Shown piece by piece: positions 40,391-49,881 of a DNA stretch of 64,000 bases. Within the stretch, counting starts at the first letter, position 1. Each line of letters begins with the position of its first letter. Under the pieces are notes generated by a model. The model saw only the letters and a list, made by a program, of their open reading frames with translations, had not been told where the DNA came from and ran no database searches. The translations under genes were made by a program, and so were the position numbers. Source of the DNA: an uncultured Candidatus Entotheonella sp. (GTDB taxonomy: Bacteria > Tectomicrobia > Entotheonellia > Entotheonellales > Entotheonellaceae); the NCBI GenBank assembly GCA_965217185.1, contig OZ244252.1:2240001-2304000 (forward strand), in the 5' to 3' direction.

Positions 40391-40604
40391 CGGTATCTTA
40401 TCCCGGCGAAAATTCGGTAATGGTTACCCTTAGCCTCTTCCCTGTCGCCATAACTGTGGCTTCTTCCGTTCGTCTATCATCCCGGAACGCCCAAAGGTCC
40501 CATAACTGAAGCAATCGGGATGCCGAAAAGTCGGCAAATCGGGCCGACGATTACGAGGACAAACAAGCCACCAAAGCATCCGACAAGCCGGGGCCGCCAC
40601 CTGA

Positions 40605-40985
40605 CTAAGCTGCGGGCATCAGATCATCATTCGTGTCGCGCTCCTTGCGGTGCAGCGTCAACGCTACGGCCGTCAGGATGATCAGGATGATGGGCGCCAT
40701 GGCCTCTTGGAAGGAGTCGAAAAGGAGATGCGTCAGCACTGCGCCCGCCATGAGGAGAATGATGCAGACTTTGGCGGCGTATGAGAAGCGCCGCAGCCAT
40801 AAACCAATGGCCCCCGCCACTTCGCAGAGGCCGATGATGTACATGAAGAAGATCGGATAGCCCCAGTTCTCGAAGCCCTGCCTGATCTGTTCCGCGCCCG
40901 TTAGCTTCATGATGCCCGACATCAGAAATGCGAGCGTCAGAAGCACCGTCAATACGGTCTGCACCTTATTCTTGGGCCGGTACAT
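40605..40985 (-). CDS. DoxX-family membrane protein
   Basis: FLMSGIMKL, FENWGYP, IGLCEVAGAIGL and MAGAVLTH. Confidence 0.88.
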   Translation of the reverse strand: MYRPKNKVQTVLTVLLTLAFLMSGIMKLTGAEQIRQGFENWGYPIFFMYIIGLCEVAGAIGLWLRRFSYAAKVCIILLMAGAVLTHLLFDSFQEAMAPIILIILTAVALTLHRKERDTNDDLMPAA

Positions 40986-40995
40986 GGGTCACTCC

Positions 40996-42015
40996 TTACC
41001 GGGTGAGTTCCTCGCGGACGATGCGGGTGCCGGCGACCATGGCGCGCAGCTTGTCCACCGCCATGCCGCGTGGGCTCCAGCCAAACCCGCAATCGGGGTT
41101 GATATACACCTTGTCGGCGTCGGCGTATTTGAGAACCTGACGCAACCGTGCCGCTACGTCCTCCGCGGTTTCCGGGTGAAACGACTTCACGTCGATGATA
41201 CCGGCGCCCAGTTCGCGCCCGTCGTTCCACTCCTTCCACATCTCGATCTCGGCCATTTCGCGGCTGGCGTACTCCAGCACGAATTGATCGGCGCGTGCTT
41301 CCAGGGCGCCGGGGAAGTAATTGCCGTAATGGCGCTGGAACCGCGCCCTGCCGAAGCGGTTGCCGAAGCAGATGTGGAATGCCAGCTTGGCCTCCACACC
41401 CTCCGTGGCGAGGTTGAACAGGCGGGCCATTTCCGCGCCGGTGACGTTGCCGCGCGCCGGCTCGTCGATCTGGATGAAGCGCGCCCCGGCGTCGACCAGC
41501 GCCTTGAGCTCGGCGTTGATGACGTGCGCGAACTCCTCGGCCACCGCCACCGTGTCGCTGTAGAAATTGTTGGGCCGGATGCGCGAGCCGAAGGTCAGCG
41601 GGCCGGCGCACGTCACCTTGGTGGGCTTCTGCGTGTGGGCGTTCAGGTACTCGAACTCCTGCACGATGCCCAGCCCGGTGGGCGCGTTGATCTTGCCCAT
41701 GGCCTCGTAGCGCGTCTGCTGGTCGTATCCCCAGGGTCCGGCATGGCGCGCCGTGGGCAGGGCGCGGATGCCATCGATGACGCCGTAGTAACCGTCCACG
41801 TAGCCGTCGAGGCGGCGCGATTCGCCGTCGCTGATGATGTCCACCCCGGCGCGCTCCTGATCCAGAATGGCGACGTCCGTGGCGTCGTCGAGCAACTCCG
41901 CCAGATCGTACGGGCCCCAGGTGCCCTCGTCGTGCAGGTCCTTGCAAGCGTGCCACCAGCCGGGCTTGCCGTGCGAGCCGACGACGGTGGTGGGAAGAAG
42001 GGGCAAATCGCTCAT
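40996..42015 (-). CDS. Cobalamin-independent methionine synthase II-like (MetE C-terminal 'core') Zn enzyme
   Basis: TTVVGS, QERAGVDIISDGE, GPLT, IQIDEP, HICFGN and PDCG; ATGA overlap with the aconitase stop. Confidence 0.85.
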   Translation of the reverse strand: MSDLPLLPTTVVGSHGKPGWWHACKDLHDEGTWGPYDLAELLDDATDVAILDQERAGVDIISDGESRRLDGYVDGYYGVIDGIRALPTARHAGPWGYDQQTRYEAMGKINAPTGLGIVQEFEYLNAHTQKPTKVTCAGPLTFGSRIRPNNFYSDTVAVAEEFAHVINAELKALVDAGARFIQIDEPARGNVTGAEMARLFNLATEGVEAKLAFHICFGNRFGRARFQRHYGNYFPGALEARADQFVLEYASREMAEIEMWKEWNDGRELGAGIIDVKSFHPETAEDVAARLRQVLKYADADKVYINPDCGFGWSPRGMAVDKLRAMVAGTRIVREELTR

Positions 42016-43937
42016 GTGGTGAATTCCTTTCCTGCAAATCGCAGCAGGCCCCCGGCCAGCACGATCTGTCGTTCGCGGTCGGTGAGGGGCAGGTACGTTT
42101 CTATGATGGATTGTTGGGTGCGGTTGTGCACCGGGATGTGCTCGGCGCCGTCCAGCAGGCGCTGCCGCACGTCGGGGATTTCCAGGTGATCCTCGGGGTC
42201 GAGGCGGTCGTAGTCGTCTTCGTCGACGAGCGTCAGGGGCAACACGGCGTAGTTCATCAGATTGGCACGGTGAATGCGCGCGAACGACTTGGCGATGATG
42301 GCCTTGACGCCGAAAAACATGGGGCACAGGGCGGCGTGCTCGCGCGAGCTGCCTTGGCCGTAATTGTGGCCGCCGAGGATGAAGCCACCGCCCGCCGCCT
42401 TGACGCGCTCGACAAACGTCGGGTCGACGTAGCGAAACAGGTATTCGGCAATGGCGGGGACGTTCGAGCGCAGCGGCAACACCGTGGGCCCGGCAGGCAG
42501 GATGTGATCGGTGGAGATGTTGTCGTCGAGCTTCAGCAGCACCTCGCCCGACAGCGTTTCTTCCAAGTCGCCACGGCTGGGCAGCGGCTTGATGTTGGGC
42601 CCGCGGCGGATTTCTATCTGCTCCGGGTCCTCTGCCGGCGGCAGCACGCCGGTGTCGTCGATGACGTAGGCGTCGGGCAACCCGACGGGTTCCACTGCAA
42701 CCAGGCGCGGGTCGGCAATTTCGCCGGCCAGGGCCGCGGCCGCGCAGGCCGCCGGACTGGCTAGATAGACGCGGTTGTTGGGATCGCCGGAGCGTCCGGG
42801 AAAATTGCGGTTGAACGAGCGTACCGACACGGCGTCGAACGACGGTACCTGTCCCATGCCGGCGCACGGGCCACAGGCGGATTCCAGAATGCGCGCGCCA
42901 GCGGCGATGAGGTCCGCCAGAGCGCCGTTGCGGGCAATCATCTGCAGCACTTGCCGCGACCCCGGACTGACCACCAGATTCACCCGCTGGTGCACCGTGC
43001 GGCCTTTGAGAATGGCGGCAATGGTCATCAGGTCGCTGTATGACGAGTTGGTGCAACTGCCGACCGCCACCTGATTGACCGGGATGCCGAGCACCTCGCT
43101 GATCGGGCAGATGTTGTCCGGGCTGGACGGCTGCGCGATCAACGGCTCCAGGGTGTCGAGGTCGATGCGCATGTGTTCGTCGTACTTGGCCCCATCCTCC
43201 GCTGCCAGCGGGGTGAAGGCGTCCAGCCGCTGCTGCCGTTCGAGGTACGCAGCGGTACGCTCGTCGCTCGGGAAGATCGACGTGGTGGCGCCGAGCTCGG
43301 CTCCCATGTTGGTGATGGTGGCGCGCTCCGGCACGTCGAGATGCGCCATGCCGGGGCCGTAATACTCGAGCACGCGGTCCACGCCGCCCTTGACGGTCAG
43401 CCGCCGCAGCACCTCGAAAATCACGTCCTTGGCCGTCACCCCCGGTTGCAGGCGGCCGTGCAACTCCACCCCCAGCACCTTTGGCATGCGCATGCTATAG
43501 GCGCTTCCCGCCATGGCCAGGGCGACGTCAAGCCCGCCGGCACCGATGGCCAGCACGCCCATGCCGCCGCACGTCGGGGTGTGGCTGTCGGTGCCCAGCA
43601 GCGTGGTGCCCGGCACCGCGTAGCGTTCGAGGTGCACCTGATGGCAGATACCGTTGCCGGGCCGTGAGTAGTGCAGGCCGTACTTGGCGGCCACGTCTTG
43701 CAGGTAGACGTGGTCGTCGGCGTTGCGGAAGTCGCCTTGCAGCATGTTGTGATCGACGTAGCTCACCGACAACTGCGTCTGCACGCGCGGCACGCCGATG
43801 GCCTCAAATTGCAGATACGACAGCGTGCCGGTGGCGTCCTGGGACAGCGTCTGATCAATGCGCAGGGAGATTTCCGAACCCGGCGTCATCTCGCCGCTGA
43901 CGAGATGGGCCTGGATCAATTGGCGGGTGAGATTCAT
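42012..43937 (-). CDS. Aconitate hydratase (short ~640-aa type)
   Basis: QDATGT, DHN, GICHQVH, DSHT, GSCTN, CGPC, RNFPGR, STDHI and YGQGSSREHAA. Confidence 0.93.
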   Translation of the reverse strand: MNLTRQLIQAHLVSGEMTPGSEISLRIDQTLSQDATGTLSYLQFEAIGVPRVQTQLSVSYVDHNMLQGDFRNADDHVYLQDVAAKYGLHYSRPGNGICHQVHLERYAVPGTTLLGTDSHTPTCGGMGVLAIGAGGLDVALAMAGSAYSMRMPKVLGVELHGRLQPGVTAKDVIFEVLRRLTVKGGVDRVLEYYGPGMAHLDVPERATITNMGAELGATTSIFPSDERTAAYLERQQRLDAFTPLAAEDGAKYDEHMRIDLDTLEPLIAQPSSPDNICPISEVLGIPVNQVAVGSCTNSSYSDLMTIAAILKGRTVHQRVNLVVSPGSRQVLQMIARNGALADLIAAGARILESACGPCAGMGQVPSFDAVSVRSFNRNFPGRSGDPNNRVYLASPAACAAAALAGEIADPRLVAVEPVGLPDAYVIDDTGVLPPAEDPEQIEIRRGPNIKPLPSRGDLEETLSGEVLLKLDDNISTDHILPAGPTVLPLRSNVPAIAEYLFRYVDPTFVERVKAAGGGFILGGHNYGQGSSREHAALCPMFFGVKAIIAKSFARIHRANLMNYAVLPLTLVDEDDYDRLDPEDHLEIPDVRQRLLDGAEHIPVHNRTQQSIIETYLPLTDRERQIVLAGGLLRFAGKEFTT

Positions 43938-43952
43938 GCGGGGCTCCTCCGG

Positions 43953-45131
43953 CTAGCCAGCGTTGAACCAGGGCTTGCCGGCCATGGTGCTTCGCGGCAC
44001 AAGGATGGCGCCCTCCATAATGCGGCGGGCGGTGCGTTGCGTGGTGACGCTCTCGACCTGCCAGACACCGTCCTTCTGATGCACTTGGGCGGCGATTTCC
44101 ATGATGCCGGCGGGATGCCCGAGGCGCAGGCGCGCGCCGCGTTCGGGACGCGCGACCTCGTGCACCACGGTGCCCTCCACGGCTGCGGCCACCGCGGTGC
44201 ACATGGAGGCGGTGCCGGGAAACGTGCGGTGGGTGTTACGCATGGAAATGGCCCGCGCCGCCATGTCGATGCTGTCAGCGGCGATGGCCTTGCCGGCGCT
44301 GCTGGCGTAATCCGCGGGTGGCGCCACAAGGGCTACCTTGGGCACGGCCTTGACCGTTTCGGTGGCCTGCTGCACGTTGTCTGCCAAGCCGAGCAGTACG
44401 GCGGCGCGGCAGCGAATTTCTTCCAGAACTGACTGCAAGCTGGCATCGGCGTCCAATTCCGGCGCCAGCAAGGTGGCATCGGCGCCTAATTCCTCGGCGC
44501 GTACGTAAACCATGGGCAGAGCGGCGTCCACCAGCGAGACGCTGACTTGGCGTCCATCCGCCAGGGTGATCTGCTGGCGGGGCTGTCCGGTGGGCAGCAG
44601 GTCACCGCCCAGCGAGCCGCCCGGCTCAAGGTATTCCAGGGCGATGCGCGCGCCGGTGCCCGGCACGCCGTCCACCGTGTAGTCGCCCTCGACTATCGCG
44701 TGGCCGTCCTGCACCGGCACGTGCACGATGTAGCGCTTGCCGGTATTGGTCGCCAGCACCCACACGCGCGTCACCGGCTCGACCGGCTGCACCAGTCCCT
44801 CATCGATGGCAAACGGACCGACCGCCGCCGACATGTTGCCGCAGGTGCCGCTCCAATCGACGAACGGCTTGTGTACGTCCACCTGCGCGAAGTTGAAGGT
44901 CACGTCCGCTTCCGGGCCGTCGCACGACCCGATGATGGCGGCCTTGCTGAGCGATGAAATGCCACCGCCGAGGCCGTCGATCTGCCGTCCGTACGGATCG
45001 GGGCTGCCGAGCGCCGTCAGGATGATGGCGTCGCGGGTAGCAGCGTCGTAAGGCTGCATTGCCGCCTGGGTGAAAAACACGGCGCGGCTCGTACCGCCGC
45101 GCATGAACACCGCCGGGATTTTGTGCTGCAT
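43953..45131 (-). CDS. prpF: PrpF-family aconitate/2-methylaconitate isomerase
   Basis: FMRGGTSR, RQIDGLGGG.SS.SK, CGNM, DGVPGTG, HPAG and RTARRIMEG. Confidence 0.9.
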   Translation of the reverse strand: MQHKIPAVFMRGGTSRAVFFTQAAMQPYDAATRDAIILTALGSPDPYGRQIDGLGGGISSLSKAAIIGSCDGPEADVTFNFAQVDVHKPFVDWSGTCGNMSAAVGPFAIDEGLVQPVEPVTRVWVLATNTGKRYIVHVPVQDGHAIVEGDYTVDGVPGTGARIALEYLEPGGSLGGDLLPTGQPRQQITLADGRQVSVSLVDAALPMVYVRAEELGADATLLAPELDADASLQSVLEEIRCRAAVLLGLADNVQQATETVKAVPKVALVAPPADYASSAGKAIAADSIDMAARAISMRNTHRTFPGTASMCTAVAAAVEGTVVHEVARPERGARLRLGHPAGIMEIAAQVHQKDGVWQVESVTTQRTARRIMEGAILVPRSTMAGKPWFNAG

Positions 45132-45145
45132 GGCTGCGACCCTCG

Positions 45146-46267
45146 CTACGCCCCGACCTTGCGGTTGCGGTGGCCGACGTACTTCGCCCGCGGCCGGATG
45201 AGGCGGTTGTTGGCGTACTGCTCCAGGATGTGCGCCGACCAGCCGACGATGCGCGTGCTGGCAATCACGTTGGTGAAGATGCTCAGCGGGAAGCCCAGGT
45301 GGTACAGCACCGGCGCCGCGAAATAATCCACATTGGCGATGATGCCCTTGGTGTCGTGCATTCGCTGCTCGGCGGCGGTGGCGATGGCGAACCACTTGTC
45401 GTCGCCGCTGGCCGCGCCGAGTTTTTCCGCCATGCCGCGAAGCTGGGCTGCGCGCGGGTCGCCGGCGCGGTACACGCGGTGGCCGAAGCCGGGCAGCTTA
45501 CGCCGCGCCGCCAATGCCTCGTCGACAAATGCCGCGGCGCGGTCGGCGGAGCCAATGTCGATCAGCATGCGCATCACGTCGTCGATGGCGCCGCCGTGCA
45601 GCGGGCCCTTGATGGCGCCGAGACCGGCTACCACTGCGGAATACAGGTCGGCCTCGGTGCCGACGACCACGCGGCAGGCGAACGTCGAGGCGTTGGTTTC
45701 GTGCTCGGTATACAGGATGAGCATGGTGTCAAAGGTGCGGGTGGTGGTGTCGTCCGGTGTCTCGCCGGTAAGCATGTAGCAGTAGTTGGCGGCGTGGCTG
45801 AGATCAGCGCGCGGCGCGATCGGCTCCTGCCCCTGCTGCAGGCGTGCCTGCGCCGCCACGATGGTGGGCATTTGCGCCGTCAGCGCCATGGCCTTTCGCT
45901 GGTTGTCCGCGGCACCGTTATCGTCGGCCTGTGCGTCCATTGCGCCCAGCCACGATACCACGGTACGCAGCACCGCCATGGGATGGGCCGAGGCCGGCAG
46001 GCCGCGCAATATGCCGATCAGGGCATCGGGAACCGCCCGCTGGCCGGCGAGACCGGCGCTGAACGCCGCGAGCTCGTCGTCGCTCGGCAGTCTGTCGTTC
46101 CAGAGCAGGTAGGCTGCCTGCTCGAACGCCAGAGTCTGCGCGATGTCCTGAATATCGTAGCCGCGAAACGACAACTCGGGGATCGAGCCGTCGATGAACG
46201 CGATGCTCGACTCGAAGGCCAGAACGCCCTCGAGCCCCGAAATGACCTGTTGACTTGCCTCAGTCAT
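45146..46267 (-). CDS. Citrate / 2-methylcitrate synthase
   Basis: GLEGV, RGY, HPM, EHETNASTF, GPLHGGA, GFGHRVY, DPRA, NVDY and RLIRP. Confidence 0.92.
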   Translation of the reverse strand: MTEASQQVISGLEGVLAFESSIAFIDGSIPELSFRGYDIQDIAQTLAFEQAAYLLWNDRLPSDDELAAFSAGLAGQRAVPDALIGILRGLPASAHPMAVLRTVVSWLGAMDAQADDNGAADNQRKAMALTAQMPTIVAAQARLQQGQEPIAPRADLSHAANYCYMLTGETPDDTTTRTFDTMLILYTEHETNASTFACRVVVGTEADLYSAVVAGLGAIKGPLHGGAIDDVMRMLIDIGSADRAAAFVDEALAARRKLPGFGHRVYRAGDPRAAQLRGMAEKLGAASGDDKWFAIATAAEQRMHDTKGIIANVDYFAAPVLYHLGFPLSIFTNVIASTRIVGWSAHILEQYANNRLIRPRAKYVGHRNRKVGA

Positions 46268-46552
46268 AATGACCCTCGCATGCGCCACTTGTGGCTGGCA
46301 GGCTAGAAATTGCGCCTGGTTGCGGCGCGTCGGATTGATGTGCTGGAGCCGTTTGGCAGGGTGCGCAGTGTAGCCGCAGTCGGCGGTAAGATCAAGCAGC
46401 GTGGCGGGGGGTGCAAGGCTGCCCGATGGCCCCCCAGGCCCTATCTCAGGCGGTTTGTTTTGCCGGAACGGGGCCACTACAATACCCGCCCGGAGCCCAG
46501 TCGGGCGGGGTGAATCGACCTATGCAGAGTTTCCTACCCAAAGGGGAAAAGG

Positions 46553-47377
46553 ATGGCTTACGAGACCCTCAAACTCGCACAGGACGGCGCGGTGCTGACC
46601 CTGACCGTGAACCGTCCGGAAGTCCTAAATGCCCAGAGCCGCGTCATGCTCGAAGAGTTCGACCGCGCCCTCATGGACGCCATGGCGGACGACGCCGTCA
46701 GGGTAGTCATCGTGGCCGGCGCCGGGGCGCATTTTTCCGCCGGGCACGACATCGGCAGCCCGCAGGAAAAGGCCGACCGCGAGCGCCGGCCGTGGCCAGC
46801 GGGCATCTCCGGTGAATACCTACGCGCCTGGAACCTGTATATCGACACCGGCTTCCGCTGGCGCGACTGCCCCAAGCCGACCATCGCGCAGGTGCAGGGC
46901 TATTGCATCATGGGCGGCCTCATGCTGGCCTCGGCGTGCGACCTGATCATCGCCTCCGACGACGCCAGGTTCTGCGACCGCACGGTGCGCTGGGGTGGCG
47001 CCCACGTGCAATACGCCAGCCTCGCCTGGGACATCGGCGTGCGCAAGGCCAAGGAATACCTGTTCACCGGCGACTGGATCAGCGCCGATGAAGCCTGCCG
47101 GTTGGGCTTGGTCAACCGCGTGGTGCGGCGTGACGACCTGGAGCAGGAAACCATGGCGCTGGCGCAGCGCATTGCCATGCAGGACCCCTTCGCCCTGCGC
47201 ATGGCCAAGTTCTCGCTCAACCAGATGCAGGACGAAATGGGCTACCGAAGCGGCGTCACCGGCGCGTTTCACACCTACGCCGTGACCCGCGCCTATCGCC
47301 TTGAGGATGGGGAGCAGACACTCGCCGGCGCCGACCGTGCCCGGCAGCGTGACGCGGCTTTCGGCGACAACCACTGA
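46553..47377 (+). CDS. Enoyl-CoA hydratase-family protein
   Basis: NRPEVLNAQ, FSAGHD, PKPTIAQVQG, GGL and AKEYLFTG. Confidence 0.9.
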   Translation: MAYETLKLAQDGAVLTLTVNRPEVLNAQSRVMLEEFDRALMDAMADDAVRVVIVAGAGAHFSAGHDIGSPQEKADRERRPWPAGISGEYLRAWNLYIDTGFRWRDCPKPTIAQVQGYCIMGGLMLASACDLIIASDDARFCDRTVRWGGAHVQYASLAWDIGVRKAKEYLFTGDWISADEACRLGLVNRVVRRDDLEQETMALAQRIAMQDPFALRMAKFSLNQMQDEMGYRSGVTGAFHTYAVTRAYRLEDGEQTLAGADRARQRDAAFGDNH

Positions 47378-47410
47378 GGCGCCTTCTCATGCCAGGGGGA
47401 AAACGGCCCG

Positions 47411-48748
47411 ATGCCGGTGAATCGTCACAAGTTTCTGCAACAGCTTGGCCTTGACCGCCCCGAACTGCGCGCCTGGGCCATGTATGACCTGGCGAACTCG
47501 GCGTTCGTCACCACGGTGGCCGGCGCGGTGTTTCCGATTTACTTCAGCACTGTCGCGGCTGCGGGGATGCCGGCGCCTATGGCCACGGCGCGCTTTGCCG
47601 CGGCGACGACTATCGCCCTGGTCATGGCGGCGGTTCTGGCGCCGTTTCTGGGCGCCTTGGCCGATTTCGCCGCCATGAAGAAAAAACTTTTAGCGGCCTT
47701 TCTGGTCCTGGGGGTGGGGGCCAGCGGCGGCATGTTCTTCATCCATCGTGGTGAGTGGATGCTCGGCGCCGGCTTGTTCATCCTCGCCAATATCGGCGCT
47801 GCCGGGTCTTTCATTTTCTACGACGCGCTGCTGCCGCACGTGGCGCGGCCGGACGAAATGGACCGGGTGTCCTCGGCGGGTTACGCGCTGGGCTATCTGG
47901 GGGGCGGGGTTCTGCTGGCCGTTAATCTGGTGTGGATCCAGTTTCCCACGGCCTTCGGCATGGCGGACGCCGCTGCGGCCAGTCGATGGGCATTTCTGAG
48001 CGTGGCGGTGTGGTGGCTGCTGTTCTCGCTGCCGCTGTTTCGCTACGTGCCCGAACCGCCGCGTACTCTGTCGGCCGATGAGAGTAGCGACTTTTCGCCC
48101 CTGCGCGGCGCCCTGGGTCGGCTGCGGGTGACGTTTCGGGATCTGCGTGCTTACCCGCAGGCGCTTCTACTGCTGGTCGCCTTTCTGGTGTACAACGACG
48201 GCATCGGCACCATCGCCCGCATGGCGACAGTTTATGGCACCGAGATCGGCATCGGGCAGGGGGCGCTCATGGGCGCCTTTCTGATCGCGCAGTTCGTCGG
48301 CATTCCGTTCGCTTTCCTGTTCGGTGGGCTGGCGTCCCGCGTCGGCGCCAAACGCAGCATCTTTCTGGCCCTGACCGTGTATGCCGGCATCAGCGTGCTG
48401 GGTTATTACATGACGACAGCGGCCCACTTCCTGGCCTTGGCCGTGCTGGTCGGCATGGTGCAGGGCGGCTGCCAGGCGCTCTCCCGCTCCCTGTTCGCCA
48501 GCATGATTCCGCGCCACCGCTCGACCGAGTTCTTCGCCTTCTTCGCCGTCTTCGAAAAGCTCGCCGGCATTCTCGGCCCCGCCATCTTCGCCGGCACCAT
48601 CGCCCTCACCGGTTCCAGCCGCAACGCCATTCTCGCGGTGATTGCGTTCTTTGTTGTGGGAGGGGGCTTGCTTGCCTTCGTCAACGTTCCCGAGGGTCAA
48701 CGATTGGCTCGTCAGGCCGAACAGGCTTTTTCTGACACCGAACGGTAG
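47411..48748 (+). CDS. MFS transporter, UMF1/Atg22-like
   Basis: WAMYDLANSAF, FYDALLP, SSAGYALGYLGG, YNDG and QALSRSLF. Confidence 0.9.
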   Translation: MPVNRHKFLQQLGLDRPELRAWAMYDLANSAFVTTVAGAVFPIYFSTVAAAGMPAPMATARFAAATTIALVMAAVLAPFLGALADFAAMKKKLLAAFLVLGVGASGGMFFIHRGEWMLGAGLFILANIGAAGSFIFYDALLPHVARPDEMDRVSSAGYALGYLGGGVLLAVNLVWIQFPTAFGMADAAAASRWAFLSVAVWWLLFSLPLFRYVPEPPRTLSADESSDFSPLRGALGRLRVTFRDLRAYPQALLLLVAFLVYNDGIGTIARMATVYGTEIGIGQGALMGAFLIAQFVGIPFAFLFGGLASRVGAKRSIFLALTVYAGISVLGYYMTTAAHFLALAVLVGMVQGGCQALSRSLFASMIPRHRSTEFFAFFAVFEKLAGILGPAIFAGTIALTGSSRNAILAVIAFFVVGGGLLAFVNVPEGQRLARQAEQAFSDTER

Positions 48749-48829
48749 ACACGAGAAAGCTGGGGAAATCGGGCGGGTTTCAGACTTGGGTAGACGGGAT
48801 AGATCGGATGCAGTTTTACGATTAACCAA

Positions 48830-49807
48830 TCATCGAAGCAATTCTATCGAAGGTCCCTGCAGCCTACCATCTTGAAGCCAAATGACTTGAACGCAGCGAT
48901 CTCGTGTAAGGTAATCGACGTACCACTGGGAAGATAGCGCCTGGGACAATACGATCCATAGCGTCGCCTCCGCTAAAGAATGCAGGAAGCGATATTCGTA
49001 GAGTTGACTCAGGGCATGCCGAATCTGGTCGCGTTCATTGGTTTCAGTAATGCTCTTAACCTCAAAGATTGCTGGGCCACTGCTGAGGACAGAATAGGCG
49101 TCAATGAGTTTGTTTTCTGAGACACGGAGACCCTGTTGAAAAAGGGATTCCTTAAGGACTGTCAATGTGTGTTGGTGGGCGGCATTAGCCTGTTCCAGCT
49201 TGACACGTGCTGTTTGGGAGATGATGTAGGGGTCGCCGGCAGGCACGGGTACCAGAGAACGTGATCGCGATGTTTTGGTGACTATCGGCTTAAGCTGGAA
49301 GAACTTGGGTGCGGCTTCCTGGGGCTCCTCTACAGGTTCTTCTTGGATTTGAACAGAAACTTGCGGTTCAACCAGGTTATGCCGCAATAGCTCTTGCTCA
49401 TGCAACTTGGCAAACTTGCGGCGCCAAGCCTCGGCATCGGGTAAGCCGCGCTTTATATGCCAAGCGATCGCTTCATCTACTTCCGACCGGAGGTCGTCGT
49501 AAACGTCAAACCGATACGCCTGTTTGAGGAAGGAAGGGTAGTCACGGGCTTCGTACATCTGTCGCAAGAGTTGAGCGACAGCATACGTACCAAACATTCC
49601 CACCGCATAATACGCGCTTAGAATGACACCATAAGCTTTCCTCGAATAAAGGTGTTCCACGCATGTATCGAGTTCGGTCGTCACGGCTTCGAGAGAAATA
49701 TTGCCATTTCGGCAGGTCTTGAGGGCTTTGAGCAAGTCCAGACTGGCAAGTTGCGCCTTCGCCCTCGCTTCAGAACTTAATGGTAGCTGGGTGGTCTCGT
49801 ATTTCAT
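48830..49807 (-). CDS. Hypothetical protein with a C-terminal PD-(D/E)XK-type nuclease-like domain
   Basis: ANAAHQ...IDAY...IFEVKS...DQIRHALSQLYEYRF; lower GC than neighbours; start may be 49816. Confidence 0.6.
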   Translation of the reverse strand: MKYETTQLPLSSEARAKAQLASLDLLKALKTCRNGNISLEAVTTELDTCVEHLYSRKAYGVILSAYYAVGMFGTYAVAQLLRQMYEARDYPSFLKQAYRFDVYDDLRSEVDEAIAWHIKRGLPDAEAWRRKFAKLHEQELLRHNLVEPQVSVQIQEEPVEEPQEAAPKFFQLKPIVTKTSRSRSLVPVPAGDPYIISQTARVKLEQANAAHQHTLTVLKESLFQQGLRVSENKLIDAYSVLSSGPAIFEVKSITETNERDQIRHALSQLYEYRFLHSLAEATLWIVLSQALSSQWYVDYLTRDRCVQVIWLQDGRLQGPSIELLR

Positions 49808-49881
49808 TATTTTCACCTATTACCCCGATTAACAAGCAGTTGGGCTCGATAGATGAATCCTGTTTCAAGAAGTTTCTGTCG

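Noticed and set aside
40996..43056. Apparent 686-aa fusion ORF ending in the MetE-like domain
   Set aside because: The N-terminal half is an alternative frame of the aconitase gene; the real start is ATG 42015 with an RBS
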